Assembly (NCBI RefSeq): GCF_036321535.1
Contig: NC_087437.1
Location: 31,498,001 to 31,562,000, forward strand
From: Camelus dromedarius
Lineage: Eukaryota
Length of the DNA stretch: 64,000 bases
Reading direction: 5' to 3'
Made by a program: the position numbers and the translations under genes. Shown piece after piece: positions 12,891 through 24,900 of this stretch (positions within the stretch are counted from its first letter, which is position 1; each line of letters begins with the position of its first letter). The notes beneath the pieces are model-generated. The model was not told the origin of the DNA and did not search any database. It saw only the letters and a program-made list of their open reading frames with translations.

Positions 12891-15677
12891 AATACAACAG
12901 AATTCAACACATAGTGGATGATCTGTGAATGATGGTCGGGTGATGGAATGAATGTGGGATTGAGGGACTGAATGAACGGACCTAACCAGAAACTGCTGCC
13001 TAGACGCTTGTGCTTTGAGAATCAGCAGAAAGCACATTATCTAGCAGTCGACTGTAAGTCACCTACAAAATATTCACTATTCTCTTGTAAATGTTTAAGG
13101 GAAAGGGACAAGTTTTATATCAGCAAACAGCTGTAGTAAAAAAAAAAAAAATAGTATAACCAGGCTGTCCCCTTCAACAGGTGCTGAAGGAAATATAAAA
13201 ATCTTGTAGAAATCTTGTCAGCTCTCAAGCGCCTTAGCTCTCAGGTAACTTAAAGCACCAGATTGGTGAACACAAGCGTCTCAGACCGGCCTTCCCTGCA
13301 GTGTGATGATTTTTAAATTCATGTATAGTATTGTATGTTGTTTTAACTAAGCAAGAACTCTGGAGTCAGACTAAATTTTGTAATGGTTCCATGGATTTAC
13401 AACATACTGAAAGGCATTCAGCATATCTATCTCCCTACCAGCACAGCTGTACTTACGCTATTTCAGAGAGCTGGAATTTACTCTTAATTTAAACTATAAT
13501 TAAGATTTCCAGGGGAAGTCTCCAAATGCCCTAAGACATTCCAGTGTCTTTCAGTTCTGTAGACAGGAAGGATTCTTGTGTGCACAAAGTTTATAAATAT
13601 TGAGCCCTTTGTCATTGTAAATTCTAAAACCCAACTCTGCCTTTTGCTACAGACCTCATATTAAATGATTATTTGGGCGTAAAAATAATCGTTAGGGCCT
13701 GAAATACTGATCTTTAAAGACGAAATTTTTTTTCAATGTAAGGTCTGAAAATGACTTTTAAAAAAGAAATACTCAATACCTAAACAGGTCCTGTACAGTT
13801 AGTTTAAATCAGAGGGCTTTTTCCCACTTATTTAAGGAAGGTAAGATGGTTTCTCGTTTTCCTTAATTGGGATAAGATCATCAAAATGTGTTTAGAAAGT
13901 TCTGTATGGCACTTTTCTGAAATCTAATCCACATCACCTATGATCACCTATGTTGTGCTATTTTGTGCCTTTTTTCTTAAGCTCATAACTGTGTTATAAT
14001 CTTGGACGAATTACTTAACCTTTATTTGGTTAGTGTTCTCATCTTTGAGTTTTGTTTTCTTTTTTTTAATGAAAGTCTATGAATGATAAGACTGTTCTGA
14101 CTTTGAGACCCTACAATGCAAACTTTTTTTTGGGTAAAGTACAAACTGATAGCATTTATTTAAAAATTAAAAGCCAGAAACAGGTTCGTTAAAAACGATA
14201 GTGTTGGGTTTTAAAAACAGACCCGTCTAGTTTATCCATTTAGGAACTCTCGGCAAGTAAAATAAATGAAACAGCATTTTGCCTTAGCTTGCTAACCTTA
14301 CGTTTTCATAGAAAAAGATGCTATCAAAGTTTCATCAACATTATTAGTTGGTCTTTATTTTATTGCTTTACTCCCTCAGCATATTTTGGGGGAGACTAAC
14401 TCCTGAATAGAACCCTCAGGCAGTTCTTGTAAGGCTTTAGTCTTACATGAATGGGAGGTTTGTGTGTTAGAAGTATTTTATGAAGAATGCTAAATTCTCC
14501 AGACTAAAGCAGGGCTGCCCAGCCACTTTGACAATGTCAGAATTTCATGGACTTAATTGTTAAGTACCTAATGACTAATAAAATGAAAAATGATCAAAAA
14601 CTGCTATGAATTCAGTGATCTTTGAAAGCAAATTTGTATTATCATCACAACCATATCTATGTTTGATACGTAGGATACACTTAGCCTACAGACAGCATTT
14701 GGGGCTCAAATGGATTAATGGGCTCTTTACAATAACTTCCATATGCCGCTAAGGTTTATCAACAGCAAGGTGGAAACCACTATATTTCTATATTCAAGTT
14801 TTGTAACTATATTTCCTTAATAATATCCAGTCCTAAAATAGCCTTAATCAAACCAGCTAAGAGGCTCAACCCAGTGTTCAAGAGCCTCTAACCCTTCTAA
14901 TACTTAGCAAGTTTTAGGTACCAAATTGCCGTCACTTGGGTCTTTTGTTTAGATACATCGGCTGCACTTCAGAGTGTTTCACAGGACATTAAGGGTTGCA
15001 TGGACAGATTGGAGTGGCACGAGTACACTAAACAGATGCTATTCAACTACCTGATAATGTAAGACTCTTCAATTCTTGTGCAACCATCAGTTTGTAAGAT
15101 TTCTGAGTAGCTCTGATGGATTTGGGGCATTAACTCATACTTTCCTGACAGAGGTCCTACTTGAAGGTTTGCATTTCGTAGTATCTTGGTCAAGGTTTTA
15201 AGTCAAAATTTCTAAGCTGAGTGCAATGAACTGTTGCTGTTAGGAGTAGCAACCATAAATCTAATTAGCATTACTCTCAATGATCTAAGCCAGCTGAACC
15301 TAGTAACTACAAACTTGAGTTCCAACCACTCATAAATGTAGCCGAATTTCTTCTAAATGTAAATTTCTACTCATATGACTACATTTTCTAAAAATACAAG
15401 TTTGTAGTTTTATTTATAACTAACTTGTAGGCATATAAGTCAGTGCTACATAGAAGTGGGAATGCAGATTTTGTGAATCACTGTTACTCAATTTTGCAAT
15501 GAATTACTGTCATCAGAAAGCAATGGCTTAGTCACAAGCCTGTCTGAGAAATCAACACAATCTTAGTATGTGGCTCGTGGACTAATTAAGATAAAGAACG
15601 TAAAGCAGTTAGCACAGTGCCCGGCTCATGGTATACAATCAAATTTTAGCCAGTGGTAGTAATAACAGAAGTGGTGG

Positions 15678-16105
15678 TATAGTAGGCTGAATAATGGCCC
15701 CAAAGATATTCAAGTCCTATTCCCAGGAACCTGTGAATGTTACCTTATATGGCAAACAAGGCTTCGCAGATGTGATTAAATTAAAGTCTTGAGATGGGGT
15801 GATGGTTCTGGATTATCCTAGGAGACCCAGTGGAGTCTCGAGGGTTCTTATAAGAGTGAGGCAGAAGGTCAGAAAGAGACTGGAAGATGCTCTGCTGCTG
15901 ATTCTGAAGATGGAGGGTGAGTCCATGAACCAAAGAACGTGGGTGGCTCTAGATACAGGAAGGGTAAGCCTCCAGGGGAATGCAGTCTGACGGACACCCT
16001 GATTTTAGGACTTCTGACCTCCAGAACTGTGAGAAAATAAATTTGTGTTGTTTTAAGCTGCTAGGTCTGTGGTAATTTGTGACAGCAGCAATAGGAAACT
16101 AACTC
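15678..16105 (+). mobile_element. MaLR solo LTR (MLT1D/MLT1C-like)
   Basis: Starts tagtaggctgaataatggccccaaagat, contains gcagatgtgattaaattaa, ends aataaatttgtgttgttttaagc...tgtggtaatttgtgacagcagcaataggaaactaa. Confidence 0.85.
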
Positions 16106-17324
16106 GGGTAGTAAATATAACAGAAATTACATTGGAGAGTCATCAGGAGGATGCTCTAGTGTAGATTAGTAATTAGAAAGAGCACTACAAAGATGAAACA
16201 TCCCAAGGCTTGCTGGAAATGTTTAAAGATTATATGAAATCCCAAGAGAGCAGACTACCAGTGGCTTCCAAGAGTAGCAAACACACATGCCAAAGACAAA
16301 CCTCGCTTCAAAGAAGTCTGCTTCTACGGGGCAAAGACTGAATAAAGACAAGCACTGTACTAGTCGGATAGCCCAGTCTTCATGAAAGGCAGGGAGAGAA
16401 AGCAAATTACTTTCGAGAAACGACTGGTGAAAAAGATGTAGGAGTCGAAACTTTTAGCATTGAGGTTGTCTAATAGTGGGTTTACTTTGAAGATTCTAGC
16501 ATCCTTTGAGTGATTTTTGTTCTTACATAGAAGAATATACAACTATTTAGAAAACATTTGTTGACTAGTTCCTAGAACCCAGGGAATTCCTCCTTGAAGT
16601 CACATTTTTAAAACTACAAACTAAAAAAATGAATAAAACGCAGCTAAGCAGGATATAATGAACACATGAAGTCTGTCTACCCCATCTCTTAGCATCAAAG
16701 CCAACCCCTCAGCTTTAAGGAAGTGCCACGGAAGCCTGGGCTTCTCACTCAGAATTTGGGATGGGAGGCAGGATTGGCAATGGGCAGCAGGAGAAATGGA
16801 CACTCATCCTTCAGAATATGCTGGGACACCATGGGCCTTGAGCTTGTGGTGGTGAGATAAACCTACTTGGAGAGGATACAGTTAATTTAACTCGTTACCA
16901 GCAAGCAAACTCAGCTAGCTCTCTCCGTTAATGCAGACAGACATCTGATGGCATTCAGGTTATACGTGGCAGTATCTGATCAAGAAACTCAGGCAAACCC
17001 CATTCTGGGTATGCCTGGTTCCGCCCTGGATCCATCACTTCTCCCCACCAGATCTCTGAGGAGGTATTTGCCCAAAGGGAGCAAAGCAAAGAGACTCTTC
17101 ATTATCAGCCAGGTCTTGGCTCCAACCTTTAATGCAATGAACTGGACTGAAGTTTGGAAGGTGGAAGGCTACTTCGTCTATTATTACTTAGGACCAAACG
17201 CCCTTCAACTACCCCCTCCTTCTCACGCCTTAAGTGGATTATTAGCCTTTACTTCTATGATATAGAGACCGGTTTAACTCACTTTCCTGCTAGCTCCAGA
17301 AGACGAAAATATTCATTATTCAGA

Positions 17325-17490
17325 GCAAGGGTTGACAAACTTCTTCTATAAAGAGCCTGATAATAAATATTTTAGACTGTGTGAGTCATACAGAACCTCA
17401 CAGCTACTGAACCCTGACGCCGTAGCGCAAAAACAGCCACAGACAATGTGTAGGTGAATGAGAATGGCTGTGTTCCAATAAAACCTTACT
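17325..17490 (-). mobile_element. MER58A-like hAT-Charlie MITE (partial)
   Basis: caagggttgacaaacttcttctataaagagcctgataataaatatttt...aatggctgtgttccaataaaac. Confidence 0.8.
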
Positions 17491-19654
17491 CCTAGCCTCT
17501 GCCACCCCTCCTATGTACCACTTTTCATTCAGCCTAAGTATTTGTACCAAAGTTCATTTATTTCATTTGTCACTTGAGATGTCCAGGTACTGAATCAAAT
17601 TTCTGCTTCTAGCTCCTACTAGCTGTGCTCCTAGTTATAGGGAAAGCATTATCATTGCTTGTTAACATCTGATTTTTTTCCCCTTCCTCTATTAGGCCAT
17701 ATTCAGCTCGAAAAGAAAATTGAAAACCCTTAGGAAGGTTGTGCCTTTGTGCCTGACATTATTTTTGAGGGTCTGTTTTCCACTTTGGGGGCAGTGATGG
17801 ATCATGAGGCGGCTATGAGAAGACTTCCATCCTTGCACTGATAGACCTACCAGCTGAGAGGCAATCCTGTCCTTGCTGTTCTGGCTCAACAGAAACATCC
17901 CTTCAGAGGGCAGAGCAGATGATAAACCAACTGGATCTAATAGTGGCAGATAGTCTCTTACCAGGGTGCCAAGTGGATGGAAAAGTCTGACTTTGGGGTT
18001 TTCTGTCATAGGATGGCCAAGGGCCTAAAGAAGTTCCTAAAGGCAAAGAGTCACTTATAATAATTCCCATCCCCTTTTTCAAGAGGTATCTGGGTGGAGG
18101 TATGGTTCCCGAGAGCCAGGAAATAGAGCAGGGCATTTTCTCTAAAGACAAAGGGAGATGACAGGCTGGAAAAGGTAGAAATGATATTACAAAACCATGA
18201 CCACATGTTTGACCAGGATCAGGATCAGCCCCGAGTCTGAAGGAGCCACTGTCAGATCTGTGAGAGATCAGGACTGGGATGTGGGTTTTATTCTATCCTT
18301 CTTCCAGAAACGGGGGGAAAAAGTGATGAGCAAAAAACGTTGGAAGCAGACGGCTGACAGACATGCCTATAGACTTCCCCAAATAAAGAACTCTAGAGAG
18401 TTTTGGTGGCTTTTCATAGAATTGCCCCAGGGCCTCGGAAAAGCCAACAAGGAGGCAGTGATGCTACGGAGGTAGTGATCATGAACTACCTGGGAAGATC
18501 ATGAACTACTTTGGGAAGACTACAGGTGATGGACAACTGGGCCGGGAAACAGACATCAGGCAACCAGCAGGAAAATGCAACCACCAAAAGAATGTAAACA
18601 CCCTCTGCAGAAACTCAGGGGCATATGCCTGTCTTCTCACAAATGAGATGGGAGGACTTGAGTCATTTTATTGGGATATTAAAAGGTGACCTTGGAGGGC
18701 TGGAGAACTTGGAGATATTTTAGGTATAATGATAATATTTACTGATGTTTATTGAACATTTGATATTTATTGAACATTTACTATGTGCTAGGCTCTGTAT
18801 TAAGTGCCTTACGGGCCTCATCTCAATTTACAGTTGAGAAAATAAGACCTATAACAAATTATTTAAATCAAGAGAATGTAGCCAGTGAGTTTTAAACCTC
18901 TCTGCTAAATTCCAAACTCACGCTGAAAACTCACAAGTCTCCGAACATTGTGATGATGCATTCCTACCATTAGACTTTGGGGGCATGCACCCCAATCTAT
19001 GTATATTTATTTACTCATAAATTATATATGTATATATCTTCTCCACTAATTATGTGCATTATAAAAGACATAAAAATAGAAGTCAAACAAAAAGTAAATT
19101 TTTTAAGTTTTAAAAACAAAAAATTTAAGTTTTAAAAATAAGAAATTATTAAATGCACAAAATATTTTTTGTTCTAACTAAAAAAACAATAGTAGCTGGA
19201 AAAAGTGTATCACAAATATATCCAAATGGAAATCATCCACCACTGACCGAGTTTACTAAACCATGATACTCATCTTTTTATTCGTAACCTCCTTAGACAA
19301 AGATTTGTTGAAATTTAGCTAGTCAAATATTCAGCTAGTCAAATGTTCATATTTTCAGATGTCATTCTTGGAAACTAATAGAAAAGTGTTGTATTTTTAC
19401 ACTTTTAACATACAGCTTCAAATTTCATTGAAACGCTTCACTTAAATGGCTTTTAAGTGGAAAATTTCACTTCCAAATGTTTCCAAGAGTGCATGTGAGA
19501 ATATTTTTATGTGACATACTTACCTTTTTTTTTAAGAAACAGAATCATATAAAATGGAAACATATCAAAATATTCTTTTTCGAAATGTACTCTCCATAGT
19601 AGGCTTCTTGTGAAATACATAGCATTTCTCGTCCATTGTTTAAAAGTGAAAAGA

Positions 19655-19808
19655 GCACAGGGAACTATATTCAGTATCTTGGAATAAACTATAATGAAAA
19701 AGAATCGAAAAATAGATATATACATATACATGTATAACCAAATCACTTTGCTGTACACCTGAAACAAATATTGTAAATCAACTACATTTCAATTTTAAAA
19801 ATAAATAA
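19655..19808 (+). mobile_element. Heavily 5'-truncated artiodactyl-type L1 3' end
   Basis: gcacagggaactatattcagtatctt...gctgtacacctgaaac...tgtaaatcaactac with an A-rich tail. Perfect 14-bp TSD taaaagtgaaaaga at 19641-19654 and 19809-19822. Confidence 0.9.
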
Positions 19809-20114
19809 TAAAAGTGAAAAGACAGTTTCACTTGAAAAGATAATTTAAATGTGTGGGCATTTTTTTGTTTTGTGGTTTTTTTCCAAAAATATTTTCTAGG
19901 TCACCAGCATCAACTGCTTGTCATCAGAAAGAGTCAGCAACTTTGAAACATTAGCATTTTCAGAAAATAAACATGTATAACTCATCTTCAACATCCCTTT
20001 CTTTTAAGAACTTCATCATGAGATAACCAGTGAACCTAGGTGTGAGCCAGATTCTCACGGCCACAATCCTCCCACACCCACCTCAAAACATCTTATAAAA
20101 ATTGAACTACTTAG

Positions 20115-20330
20115 ATAGGGTTTGGCAAGTGTTTTCTGTGAAGGCCTCAACAGTAAACGTTTTAGGCTTTTCAGGCCATACAGTGTTACAACTTCTCAAC
20201 TCAGCCATTGTCACCTGGAAACATCCGTAGATGATATGCAAACCAAGGCATATGGCTGTGTAAGTAAAACTTTATTTACAAAAACAGGTATCACGTGGGA
20301 TTTGGCTGTGATCGTAGTTTGCTCCCCCGA
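20115..20330 (-). mobile_element. MER58A-like hAT-Charlie MITE
   Basis: tagggtttggcaagtgttttctgtgaaggcc...aaaactttatttacaaaaacagg...gatttggct...tagtttgctccccc. Confidence 0.8.
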
Positions 20331-23300
20331 GATTTAGGATGACATAATCCTTAAATCCACTCAGCCCAGCACAGATAACCTGCCATATGTTCTTCCAAAA
20401 GAGAAGAGTGCTGAGCATTGTCGGCTCTGGGAACCTCTCACTTCTGACCGAGGGTACCGCACCTACTGTGCGTGATACGTGTCCTTCTAATGGACAGGCC
20501 TGATGAGGGTGCCAGTGTCACCAAAGCTCAAAGTTGGGGAAACTTAAGATTTTTCTTAAATTATTTTTAGATAAAAAAGAATGTAAGTAGACGTTCCTAT
20601 ATTTTTGTCTTTCATCTCAGTTGATCACTGTTTACACCATATTCTCAAGATATTGACTCAAAGCTACTGCACATCTGCCTGTGAAAGCAGGTCTCTGGGA
20701 TACAGTGGGAGGTGAAGTGAAGGAGAGGGAGTGTGGGGCCTCTGCTGTCTCTAACACTAGCCCGCTTTCAGATGGGTGGGTCGGGGGTGCAATGTGATGA
20801 CTGCCTTGAAGAAAGAAGGTCAAGGAGTAACGATGAACTAATGGAAGAAGAAACAGAACAGGCTGTGGGCTTTGGACAGACTTTCTAATCAACATCCAGA
20901 CAGAGCTGATCATGCTCTCACCCACCCCATTGTCATGATTCAATTAAAGGTATGTCTCTACCACTAGGCTAGGAGCTCCTGGGGGTGTCTTTGTATCTTC
21001 GGTAACTTTTTTTTTTTTGAAGAGACCAGGTGTCATGAACACTCAATGAACAATGTTTGTTGGGTGAGTGAATGCAGACATGCAGAAGAACCACCACAAG
21101 ATTTGGGACCCACTCTTTAGGAATAAGGCTAATTTAAGATTAGCTAAAATCAGACAGACACATAAAAATATGAGGCGGTAGACGTCTCCAAAGTGTCCCT
21201 GCGCATCAGAGACCCACCCCGAGCGAGGGAGGGCAGAAATTACTATGACTCGGCAGAAGGGGACATTTCACCACCACCAGGAGATGTGCTGCATGAGGAG
21301 GAGGTGTAGGCAGGGCACCCGGTTGTTTTAATTGTGTTTTTTCACAGCTAGCCCGAGTGGCAGTAATTTAGTTGATTTAACCAACACAGACTACAGAACT
21401 GGAAAATTCTGATAAAACACAATCGACTTAATGCCAAATTATGTGGTTTGTTTAGACTTACTGAACTGGAAAATGCCAAATCCCTTTTCACTTGGCACTG
21501 CATCAATATTACCTGCAACGATTAAGAGCAGAATCCCAGACCAGGTCAAGATACCAGCCAGCTGATGACCTATTATCCTCAAGCAGGCATGGCTTCCCCT
21601 GCCAACGAAGGCTACTCCCATCTTCTGTGTTTCGTGTTTGAGTTGCTGTCACTTTATATGTCGCGTGCTGTTCAACCTGGACCTTAGCTGTCAGTTAAGA
21701 TTCTTTTGGCCACACTAATCTTTGTGGGCCTTACATATAGGCTCGCTCTCTCTCTTTATTCCCCTCCCTCCCAGCTCAGCTCTCTGAAAATTCCTGCTGA
21801 ATCAACATATTCACTTCTCTTTAGGACAGGGAAATGGACCACACACTTTGAAACAGAGTGAATAGAGGTGTGAGTAGAATGTGAAGGTAGGAAATTCATG
21901 TTACTTTTCAGGCAGCAAAGGACTCCGCTTGGAGAAAGAAAAGCTAAATTCTAGCCCCAGCTTTTCTGATAGATGCATCCAAGTTACTTAACCCTTCTAG
22001 GCCTCAGTTTCCTCATCTGTACAATGTCAGATCCCCACTATCCCTTCCAACTCTGTGGTCCTAAGACAAATTAAGAAATAATAAGTCCATCATTAACCCT
22101 AAAGACCTTGACCTTAGTGACATAATAGGGCTGCATCAAGAAAGTCATCTGATTCCAGGCCTAGTGTCTCCAAAGAGGGATCTCAAAATAGAAGGCGGGA
22201 AATACAAGAGGAAACCACGATCCTTCACACTTGTCACCCCTCATCTCCACCAGACCCTCAGACACACTTACTGCCCATGAGAGAGCAGCCCCTCCTTGGG
22301 ACAGAGCCCATTTCAGGCTGGATTTCTAGAGGTCTCTCTGAATTATTCTTTCTCAGGGTTCTCTCTGTCCATCTCCACCAGCCAGTGTCCACACCACAGC
22401 CCTTTCCCTCCCTCCTCCAAGAATACCAGAGGGTGTGTGTCTTCAAGGGCCACCAAAGCCTTTCCTGCAACCTGCTCATGAGGACAGGGAACCCTTATCC
22501 CGAGTTAGCCCCGACCTCTCCAGTGACCCACTATTTAGTAACTTCCTCCCTGAGATCAGGTTCGTCCACACAGATAACAGCCCAATGGCCTGTGAGCCCA
22601 AGCTGGGGACACCTTTCATCCACACCGGCTTCCCAGAGCGGGAAGCTCTGCCAAGAACTGACAGTCTCTTGAATGGGGCATTCAAAGCCCCTGCCGTGTG
22701 TTGAAGGTGAGCAGTTTCCGTCCCGTGTGCCCTCCGTGGTCAGGCTGTACTCTCTGACCCCGCTGCACGTGCAGCTGCCCGCCTGGATGGTACCACGGGT
22801 TTTTCTAATGAGCCATGTTTCTGCCCTGCAGCCCCACGGGGACTCAAACCTCAGGCCACTCCACCCATTTCTCCAGGCTCTGCCCCGGCCTGGAGTCACG
22901 CGTCCACCTCGCAGCAAATGAAAACCTTGCCTGCGAGCAAGATAATTCCTCACCCTTCTACTGGATACATATTTAATGCATTTTTAAAATAGATACTGAA
23001 TGTCATTTCCATGGCTATTGCAGATTATCAATGGGAAATTTTCTTTTCAATAAAACTTTTATATGCATAAATGATTTATTTAACATGGGGCAGATTTTAG
23101 TACCATGAGAAATAGAGGTTAAAAGTATTATTTGCTGCCCTGCCCTGGCACAGCATTGTAGAAAACCAGAGATTGTGCTCTGAATACTGACCATCTGAAA
23201 AACATTTGATTTCCATCATATTTCTCAAAAATTTTACTGGTAGCTGAAGACTCTTATCAGTCCATAATTATAAATGGACCAGAACATGAGATAGCTGTGA

Positions 23301-23410
23301 GAGCGAAGAAAAACATTCCTGCTAGAACAAGTTCATTCTTAGAAACCAAGGCCTGTTTCAACTCAGGAGAAAAATTAAAATATTGTATGTGCATCAGAAA
23401 ATATTTTTCA

Positions 23411-23516
23411 GGGGGAGGGTATAGCTATCAGTAGAGTGTGTGCCTAGGATGCACAAGGTCCTGGGTTCAATCCCCAGCATCTCCATTTAAATAATAAACA
23501 AGCCTAATTACCTTCC

Positions 23517-23547
<31 letters not shown>

Positions 23548-23559
23548 AAGACCAAGTTC
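23411..23559 (+). mobile_element. tRNA-Ala-derived SINE (camelid Vic-1-like), copy 1
   Basis: gggggagggtatagct...ggtcctgggttcaatccccagcatctcca head with B box, cctaattacc segment and A28 tail. Perfect 16-bp TSD cagaaaatatttttca at 23395-23410 and 23560-23575. Confidence 0.9.
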
Positions 23560-23949
23560 CAGAAAATATTTTTCAAGAAAAAGATTTTTTTCCAATTCTT
23601 TATCTGAACATTGGTCAGGTCAGTTGTTCAAATCTTCAAGTGGAATAGAAATGAGTGTACTGTCTTCCCCAAAAGGTTGTCCACCCTAAGAGAAAATGCC
23701 TTTCCTGAAACATTCCCTAAACTCATTCATACAGAGACCACATCCAAACCCTGGCTGAGAAGCGCCCACGTGTTGAGCCAGCCAAGGCAGCGACTACACA
23801 CAGATTTTAGGAGTTTTTCCACTTTTAACACTTAAAATTCATTCCAGCCGGAACTGTGATGTGTAAGTACATGTAAAAAGAACTCTGTATGAAAACTACA
23901 TATATAATTAGTTTACTGCAATGCTGTTTTTTTCTGACATATCTGTTCA

Positions 23950-24560
23950 TCAAACAGCTCCTGCACGCACAAGGTAAAAATGCAAAAGTTACAAAATATA
24001 TAGAGTTTTCCTAATTCTCCCCTAACCCCTGCTGAGGCAAAAACTGTTACTGGTTTTTTATGCACCCTTGCAAAGATATTATGTACATATATATATTTTC
24101 AAAGATGATAGGATATTGAACATCATTCTTGCATCTTGTTTTTTTCTTCACTTAATTTACCTTGGAGCTCAACCTCATTCTTCTTAATGACTGCAAAGTG
24201 TTCTTTCATATGAATGTTCCATAATTTACTTAGCCAATCCCCTAGTGATCAACTTTTGGGCCGTTCCTGATCTTTTGCTACTACCAACAATGCTGTGGTA
24301 AATATCCTTATATATATGTGTGTGTGTATATATACACACACACACACACATACATACACATCTTCCTGCATATATGCCATTGTTTCTACAGATTAAATTC
24401 CTACAAGTGGGGTTGTTGGGTCAAAGGATAACGTGTGTTTTATTTTGGTAGGTATTGCCGTTTTGACCTCTTTAGAAACTGAACCAATTAACCAGCATGA
24501 CTTGCATACCTCCCCCCACTCAAAAAAAAGTATGAAAGGACAACACTTCCCTAATCAGTC
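23950..24560 (-). mobile_element. Old L1 (L1ME-like) fragment
   Basis: ccataatttacttagccaatcccct...ttttgctactaccaacaatgctg...taaattcctacaagtggggttgttgggtcaaagg, a typical reverse-strand L1M 3' region. Confidence 0.7.
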
Positions 24561-24624
24561 TCTTTGCTCTGTTCGAGTTTATATGTCTGTGAAGAATCTC
24601 AGAACATGACACGGTTAGCATATC

Positions 24625-24900
24625 ATTCAGGTCTCGACTCAAATACTGTTCCCTCAGCAAAGTTCCCAGACCACCCGACACCCCCCCCCACCACTTGCTC
24701 TCTAGCTCTCCTTGTGTGTCTCACCGTCACTTGTGGCTACAGAAGTGACATTGCCTCTTTGTTTATCGTCGCCCCCTCCTCTGCCACCCCTACTGGACGC
24801 TAAGCCTTGGGAGAGCAGGAAGCATGGTGAAGTATGTTGTTCACCCAGCACTCGGAACACAACCTGTACGGAATCGGCCCTCAGTACATGTATTGAAAGA
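24625..24900 (+). mobile_element. L2 3' end fragment
   Basis: ttcaggtctcgactcaaatactgttccctcag...taagccttgggagagcagg...cccagcactcggaacacaacctg...cctcagtacatgtattga. Confidence 0.6.

Larger units (their letters stand above)
18932..20655 (-). mobile_element. Ancient hAT-Charlie fossil with transposase remnants, interrupted by an L1 fragment and a MER58A
   Basis: Minus-strand remnants translate FTRSLLWRVHFEKEYFDMFP (~19560-19620) and EYHGLVNSV...FPFGYICDTLF (~19195-19272), resembling Charlie/ZBED5-type transposase motifs. Both ends resemble Charlie18a-like termini from memory. Confidence 0.55.

Noticed and set aside
14860..14889. 8-bp inverted repeats (also 33936-33955)
   Set aside because: Stems of this length are expected by chance several times in 64 kb.
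18477..18517. Short direct duplications (gatcatgaactac..gggaa x2; also ~13934-13953 and ~19317-19348)
   Set aside because: Two-copy slippage duplications with no spacers; not CRISPR-like or otherwise structured arrays.
22258..22953. Cluster of overlapping ORFs up to 140 aa (similar clusters at 24.7-25.1, 37.2-37.7, 40.0-40.7 and 48.5-49.2 kb)
   Set aside because: No recognisable domains or coherent splice structure; expected in GC-richer intergenic DNA with few stop codons.
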